64,000 nucleotides of DNA from Candidatus Latescibacterota bacterium (GTDB lineage: Bacteria > Latescibacterota > UBA2968). Location of the stretch: positions 3,360,001 through 3,424,000 of the forward strand of contig OZ242320.1 of assembly GCA_965208125.1 (NCBI GenBank), written 5' to 3'. Below are positions 59,597 to 64,000 of this stretch, one piece after another. Under the pieces are notes generated by a model. It worked only from the letters and a program-made list of their open reading frames with translations. It did not search any database and was not told the origin of the DNA. Within the stretch, counting starts at the first letter, position 1, and every line of letters begins with the position of its first letter. Made by a program: the position numbers and the translations under genes.

Positions 59597-61060
59597 ATGG
59601 AAGTTGCTGAATTAACACTTGAAAGTGCGCCAACTCTGGAAGATGAGTGCAGAAACGAAAGCCACACACTGCACAGAGACCTGTTAGAAAAGAAATACGA
59701 GAGCCTGATTACCCACAATCCGAAATTAACAAGAACCCTTGTCAGCTTTCAGGCGAATAAAAACACGCCGTATTATCGATGGTTTAAGTACAAAGAAGGC
59801 TTCTCGGCGCAGATGGTTCAGTATCTTCTGAACACATTGACGGAGAAGCGGGGCGCATTGTTGGATCCGTTCTCAGGAACAGGAGCGGCTTTATTTGCCT
59901 CGCAGGAATTTGGATGGGAAGCTACGGGTATTGAGCTTCTTCCTGTAGGATGTGCGATTACCGAAGCCAGACAAGCAGCCGAGCAAGTAGATATTGTACA
60001 GTTAAAAAAAGAAATTGAGGCCTTGGATAGCATTGATTTTTCGACGATCAAATCCGATAGCCCGATCCAACATATTGCGATTACGGAAGGTGCGTTTTCT
60101 CGGCAGACGGAAGACCAATTGAATGGTTATTTAACTTATTGTGAAAATCAGATAGAAGATTCTCATATTAAGACACTATTGCGCTTTGCCGCTTTTTGTA
60201 TTCTGGAAAGGATCAGCTATACCAGGAAGGACGGTCAATATCTCCGCTGGGATTATCGCGCTGGCAGGACGAGAGTGAAGTCGAAATTTAACAAGGGTAA
60301 AGTCTATACTTTCAATGAAGCACTTCAGCAACAGCTCAATTTAATGGTTGATGATCTTCTCCATGAGGACATGGATCTTTTTAAAAAGGGAAATGTGCAA
60401 AAAAAAGAACAGAACATCCGGCTGATTCAAGGATCCTGCCTTGAAGAACTGTGTAAATTCAGTAAGGAGAATTTTAACTTTATTTTGACGTCTCCGCCTT
60501 ATTGTAACCGCTATGATTATACGCGTACTTACGCGCTTGAACTGGTATTTCTCAATAAGAACGAAGAGGAAGTCAAGCACCTGCGACAACAAATGCTATC
60601 CTGTACTGTCGAAAACAAAGAGAAAATTGAATCGTTGAAGACGCAATATGCGGACATGAAAAGAGAAGACTTTTTGCAGAAGGCTATTTTTGCTTTTGAG
60701 AACCATAATGCACTGCAAGAAGTCCTCTATTGGCTGAACGTATATAACAGGGAAGGCCAGTTGAATAATTCGAATATTCCGCGAATGATCGCAAATTACT
60801 TCCTCGAAATGGCTCTGGTCATATTTGAAATGAGTAGAGTGCTGAAGCCGGGTGGAAAGGTCGCGATGGTGAACGACAATGTCAGATATGCGGGAGAAGA
60901 GATTCCCGTTGATTTAATTCTTTCTGACTTTGCTGAAGCAGCGGGCTTATCCACAAGGAACATCTGGGTTCTGGGAACTGGCAAGGGGAATAGTAGCCAA
61001 CAGATGGGCAAGTACGGTCGCGCAGAATTGCGGAAATGCGTGTATGTTTGGGGTAATTAG
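59597..61060 (+). CDS. N4-cytosine-type DNA methyltransferase (M.AvaI/M.BsoBI-like)
   Basis: DPFSGTG precedes TSPPY; GKGNSSQQMG near the C-terminus. Family assignment is from recall. Confidence 0.8.
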   Translation: MEVAELTLESAPTLEDECRNESHTLHRDLLEKKYESLITHNPKLTRTLVSFQANKNTPYYRWFKYKEGFSAQMVQYLLNTLTEKRGALLDPFSGTGAALFASQEFGWEATGIELLPVGCAITEARQAAEQVDIVQLKKEIEALDSIDFSTIKSDSPIQHIAITEGAFSRQTEDQLNGYLTYCENQIEDSHIKTLLRFAAFCILERISYTRKDGQYLRWDYRAGRTRVKSKFNKGKVYTFNEALQQQLNLMVDDLLHEDMDLFKKGNVQKKEQNIRLIQGSCLEELCKFSKENFNFILTSPPYCNRYDYTRTYALELVFLNKNEEEVKHLRQQMLSCTVENKEKIESLKTQYADMKREDFLQKAIFAFENHNALQEVLYWLNVYNREGQLNNSNIPRMIANYFLEMALVIFEMSRVLKPGGKVAMVNDNVRYAGEEIPVDLILSDFAEAAGLSTRNIWVLGTGKGNSSQQMGKYGRAELRKCVYVWGN

Positions 61061-61147
61061 CAGTTGAGTAAGATGAGTTACGTAATCTAATGGGAAAGCA
61101 AGAAATAAAAACAAGCATCCGTTACGCCAAAATTAAGGAAAATTTTG

Positions 61148-62050
61148 ATGCGGGTCTTTGATATTTTTTCGAAACGACAGAAGCGACAGCGGGGCGAAAT
61201 TCCCGACGTGTATCAGTACGAGACCATTCCTCAAGAATTGCGGGTTCAAGTTGTCCATATCTTGCGGGATGCCCTCGGAGAAGGTAGCGAAGCTGATCCG
61301 TACAAGTTCATCCATGAGACCTTATGCCGTGAATATGGCAAGTTCACACTTGGTGAATCCTATGATTCTGACCAAGAGGCAGTCCTCAACTTCTTTCTTC
61401 GGACAAAAGAAATAGAAAAAGCAATTGATGTTATTGAACTTACATTTCAATATATAGATCGTTACGTCCGTGAAAATGCACATTACTTCTATGAACAAAA
61501 GCTTACACCTGACCAGGCGATTGATGAGCTAAATCATCGGTTCCATGAACACGGAGTAGGATATCAGTATGAATCTGGTTTTATCGTTAGGGTTGATTCT
61601 CATTTGATCCACGCTGAAGTAGTGCGGCCTGCATTGACTATGCTTTCCAATCCGATGTACAAAGGCGCGAATACAGAATTTCTGAGCGCACACGAACACT
61701 ATCGAAAGAGAAGATACAAAGAATGCTTAAATGAATGTCTCAAGTCATTTGAGAGTTGCATCAAGGCGATTTGCGAAAAAAGGAGATGGCCTTACAATGA
61801 CAGCGATGGTGCCAGTCGCTTGGTTAGTATCGTGTTCGAGTGCGAATTGATCCCAACGTTTATGCAATCACACTTCTCAGCACTGAGGAACACATTAGAG
61901 GCGGGCGTTCCCACTGTTCGCAATCGCCTGTCGGGTCACGGGCAGGGAAGAGCAGAAGTACCCGTTCCAGAATCCATCGCCGGATACGCACTTCACTTGA
62001 CCGCATCAAACATCCTTTTATTGGCGCGAGCCGATGAGGAGATGAAATAA
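61148..62050 (+). CDS. STM4504/CBY_0614-like abortive-infection protein with C-terminal HEPN-like motif
   Basis: IFSKRQK..PDVYQY..LRVQ N-terminus; RNRLSGH (Rx5H). Confidence 0.75.
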   Translation: MRVFDIFSKRQKRQRGEIPDVYQYETIPQELRVQVVHILRDALGEGSEADPYKFIHETLCREYGKFTLGESYDSDQEAVLNFFLRTKEIEKAIDVIELTFQYIDRYVRENAHYFYEQKLTPDQAIDELNHRFHEHGVGYQYESGFIVRVDSHLIHAEVVRPALTMLSNPMYKGANTEFLSAHEHYRKRRYKECLNECLKSFESCIKAICEKRRWPYNDSDGASRLVSIVFECELIPTFMQSHFSALRNTLEAGVPTVRNRLSGHGQGRAEVPVPESIAGYALHLTASNILLLARADEEMK

Positions 62051-62059
62051 GGATTATAT

Positions 62060-63166
62060 ATGCCCGAAAAGAAAAAACAGCATTATGTCCCTGTCTTCTA
62101 TCTAAAGCGTTTTTCATCGGATGGGAGAAGTATCGGGCTGTGGAATATCCAAGCTAAAAAAAAGGTACTTTCAGCGAGCTTAAAAAGCCAATGTTGTGAA
62201 AATTTTTTCTACGAACAGGGCGAAAATATAGAGAATTCGCTCAGCAATCTTGAAAGTCCTGCATCAAAAATCCTTAGATGTATTGATCGGGACAGCTCTC
62301 TGCCTCCCGCCTGGCATCAAGACTATGAAATTTTAAGGCGGTACATTTTTACGCAGCTTTTTAGAACTAAGTATATGACAGACGAAATAAATAGTATGTT
62401 AGATCAATTCAAGGGCACGGTTACACAAAATAATCCTCATCCATTACACATAAATGGACATACAAAAGAAGAATTTGAGGAGATCGTAGAAGAATTTAAG
62501 GAGAATACCCCGGAATTTTCTATAGTTGTTGCTTACTCTGATAGGGTGAAAAAGACAACTTCAGATTTAGAGAGTAAATTGTTAATTAACAAGACTAAAG
62601 TAGAATTTTTAACGTCTGATCATCCTGTTATTTTATACAACCAATTACTGAATTTTATGTCATCTTTTGGGATACCTGGTTCTCGTGCGGGATTGCCTGC
62701 AAAAGGACTTCAAGTTTTCTTTCCTATTAGCCCAACGAAGTTATTGTTGTTTTATGACCCTACCTCATATCAGGTTGGTCATAGTCAAGGGAGAAACGTA
62801 ACAATACGTCATAAGCAGGAGGTTTTAGATATAAATGTTCTTCAGATGTGCTCTGCCCATGAAAACATTTATTTTAAAAATGAAACTTTTGACATCAACA
62901 CTTTATACAATCGAGCCAAGCCATATATGAGAAGAATGCAAAATGCTTTTAATAAGCAAAACTTTAATGTCCAAAAAGAAAAGGAACGTGGGCTTATCCC
63001 CATGCATGGCTCAAGACCAGATATAAACACCGATTTGAAATCGTCCTTTATTCGTATAATGCAGGACGCCAAGCTTTACCGAACGAATCTCAAAAAGAAA
63101 ATAGAGGCTGGTCACAGTATTCCGGCTATTCTCCTACGAGAATCTTTGGGTAATTTAAGCATATAA
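62060..63166 (+). CDS. DUF4238 domain protein
   Basis: KKQHYVP.FYLK.F, TSDHPV and FPISP motifs; AT-rich. Confidence 0.8.
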   Translation: MPEKKKQHYVPVFYLKRFSSDGRSIGLWNIQAKKKVLSASLKSQCCENFFYEQGENIENSLSNLESPASKILRCIDRDSSLPPAWHQDYEILRRYIFTQLFRTKYMTDEINSMLDQFKGTVTQNNPHPLHINGHTKEEFEEIVEEFKENTPEFSIVVAYSDRVKKTTSDLESKLLINKTKVEFLTSDHPVILYNQLLNFMSSFGIPGSRAGLPAKGLQVFFPISPTKLLLFYDPTSYQVGHSQGRNVTIRHKQEVLDINVLQMCSAHENIYFKNETFDINTLYNRAKPYMRRMQNAFNKQNFNVQKEKERGLIPMHGSRPDINTDLKSSFIRIMQDAKLYRTNLKKKIEAGHSIPAILLRESLGNLSI

Positions 63167-63215
63167 TTTCCGGATATATTGGATTCCCAACAATCCTATA
63201 TAAGGAGTTTATCGA

Positions 63216-64000
63216 ATGAAAACAGAATTTTATCCCATTTCCTTATCAGCGATATCCATGAAGGTTGCACAAAAAAATGGCAGACGAAGAAAATCTCAAA
63301 AGGAAGGTCAACCTTTTTTATTTGAACATCAATTCGTGGATAACACAAAAAAGATTAAGAATGAGTTTGGAGAGGAGATTATTCGAGTGGATGGCGATAT
63401 CCCTGTGAATTTACCCGTCAATGATGGGGATAGATTTCTGTTTATCAGTTACGACCAGAGTATCCTAACACATGGGTTGCACAAGTATCCAGCCAAATTC
63501 TTTCCAGAATTGCCTCGCTGGTTGATTCAACGATATTCTAAAAAGAAAGACCTCATACTTGATCCCTTTTCTGGGAGTGGGACCACAAATGTTGAAGCTC
63601 TGCGATTGGGCCGGAACTCTGTTGGGATTGATGTAGATCCCTTTTCCCGCTTCCTTTCAAAAGTCAAAGTAACGCCTTTAGATGCGGCAGAACTCAAATC
63701 GTCTCAAGAATCTCTTTTACAGGCAGCCTTGAATTACCAACCCTCACTGGTTGCAGAATCGGATATACCCGACTTCCCATATAGGGATAACTGGTTCAAT
63801 CGAGAGATTACCCTCGAACTGGCCTATTTAAAAAAGTGTATTGATTCCCTTGATACAAGTCAGGATATCAAAGACTTCTTCAAAGTTTGTTTTTCCTCGA
63901 TCATCCGCTCGGTGTCCAATGCCGACGATAATTGCACGCGAACTGTGATTCGTAAAACATTGGGCAAAAAGGTATGTCCTGCCGATGCACTGAAAAAATT
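63216..64000 (+). CDS. DNA methyltransferase (partial, runs off the window)
   Basis: Manual translation gives [15 protein letters not shown]...[11 protein letters not shown]...GIDVDP; AAGGAG RBS before ATG 63216. Confidence 0.85.
   Translation, partial: MKTEFYPISLSAISMKVAQKNGRRRKSQKEGQPFLFEHQFVDNTKKIKNEFGEEIIRVDGDIPVNLPVNDGDRFLFISYDQSILTHGLHKYPAKFFPELPRWLIQRYSKKKDLILDPFSGSGTTNVEALRLGRNSVGIDVDPFSRFLSKVKVTPLDAAELKSSQESLLQAALNYQPSLVAESDIPDFPYRDNWFNREITLELAYLKKCIDSLDTSQDIKDFFKVCFSSIIRSVSNADDNCTRTVIRKTLGKKVCPADALKK

Noticed and set aside
1-64000. tRNA, rRNA, integrase, transposase or reverse transcriptase genes
   Set aside because: None recognised by eye; a tRNAscan/Infernal run would be needed to exclude small RNAs

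Overview
Bacterial chromosomal window, mostly moderate to high GC with AT-richer islands. Gene content (DUF6785 membrane protein, DUF4159/DUF4175, sulfatase, short ParE/ParC pair, many small TA genes) suggests an FCB-group, Latescibacterota-like organism; this is an inference. Housekeeping blocks cover murein recycling, aroA, dnaE, mreD-mrdA-rodA, mltD, mtnA, rsfS, carA, pyrC, uronate catabolism and parE-parC. There are two accessory regions. (1) About 9.4-24.6 kb: a type I-C-like CRISPR-Cas locus with unusual order (cas5-cas8c[internal cas11]-cas7-cas3-cas4-cas1-cas2) and a 51-repeat array of 37-bp repeats. Its nine trailer repeats are all different, yet all keep the 3' handle and several show compensatory stem changes. 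Upstream lie a WYL regulator, a PIN TA pair and a direct-repeat-flanked cassette carrying a candidate three-way-junction RNA and two toxin-less antitoxin-like genes. (2) About 59.6-64 kb: a defence island (MTase, HEPN/Abi-like protein, DUF4238, MTase). Also notable is a stand-alone Cas4/AddB-like nuclease ending in the clamp-binding motif QLSLF. All calls come from reading motifs by eye; no database searches were run.
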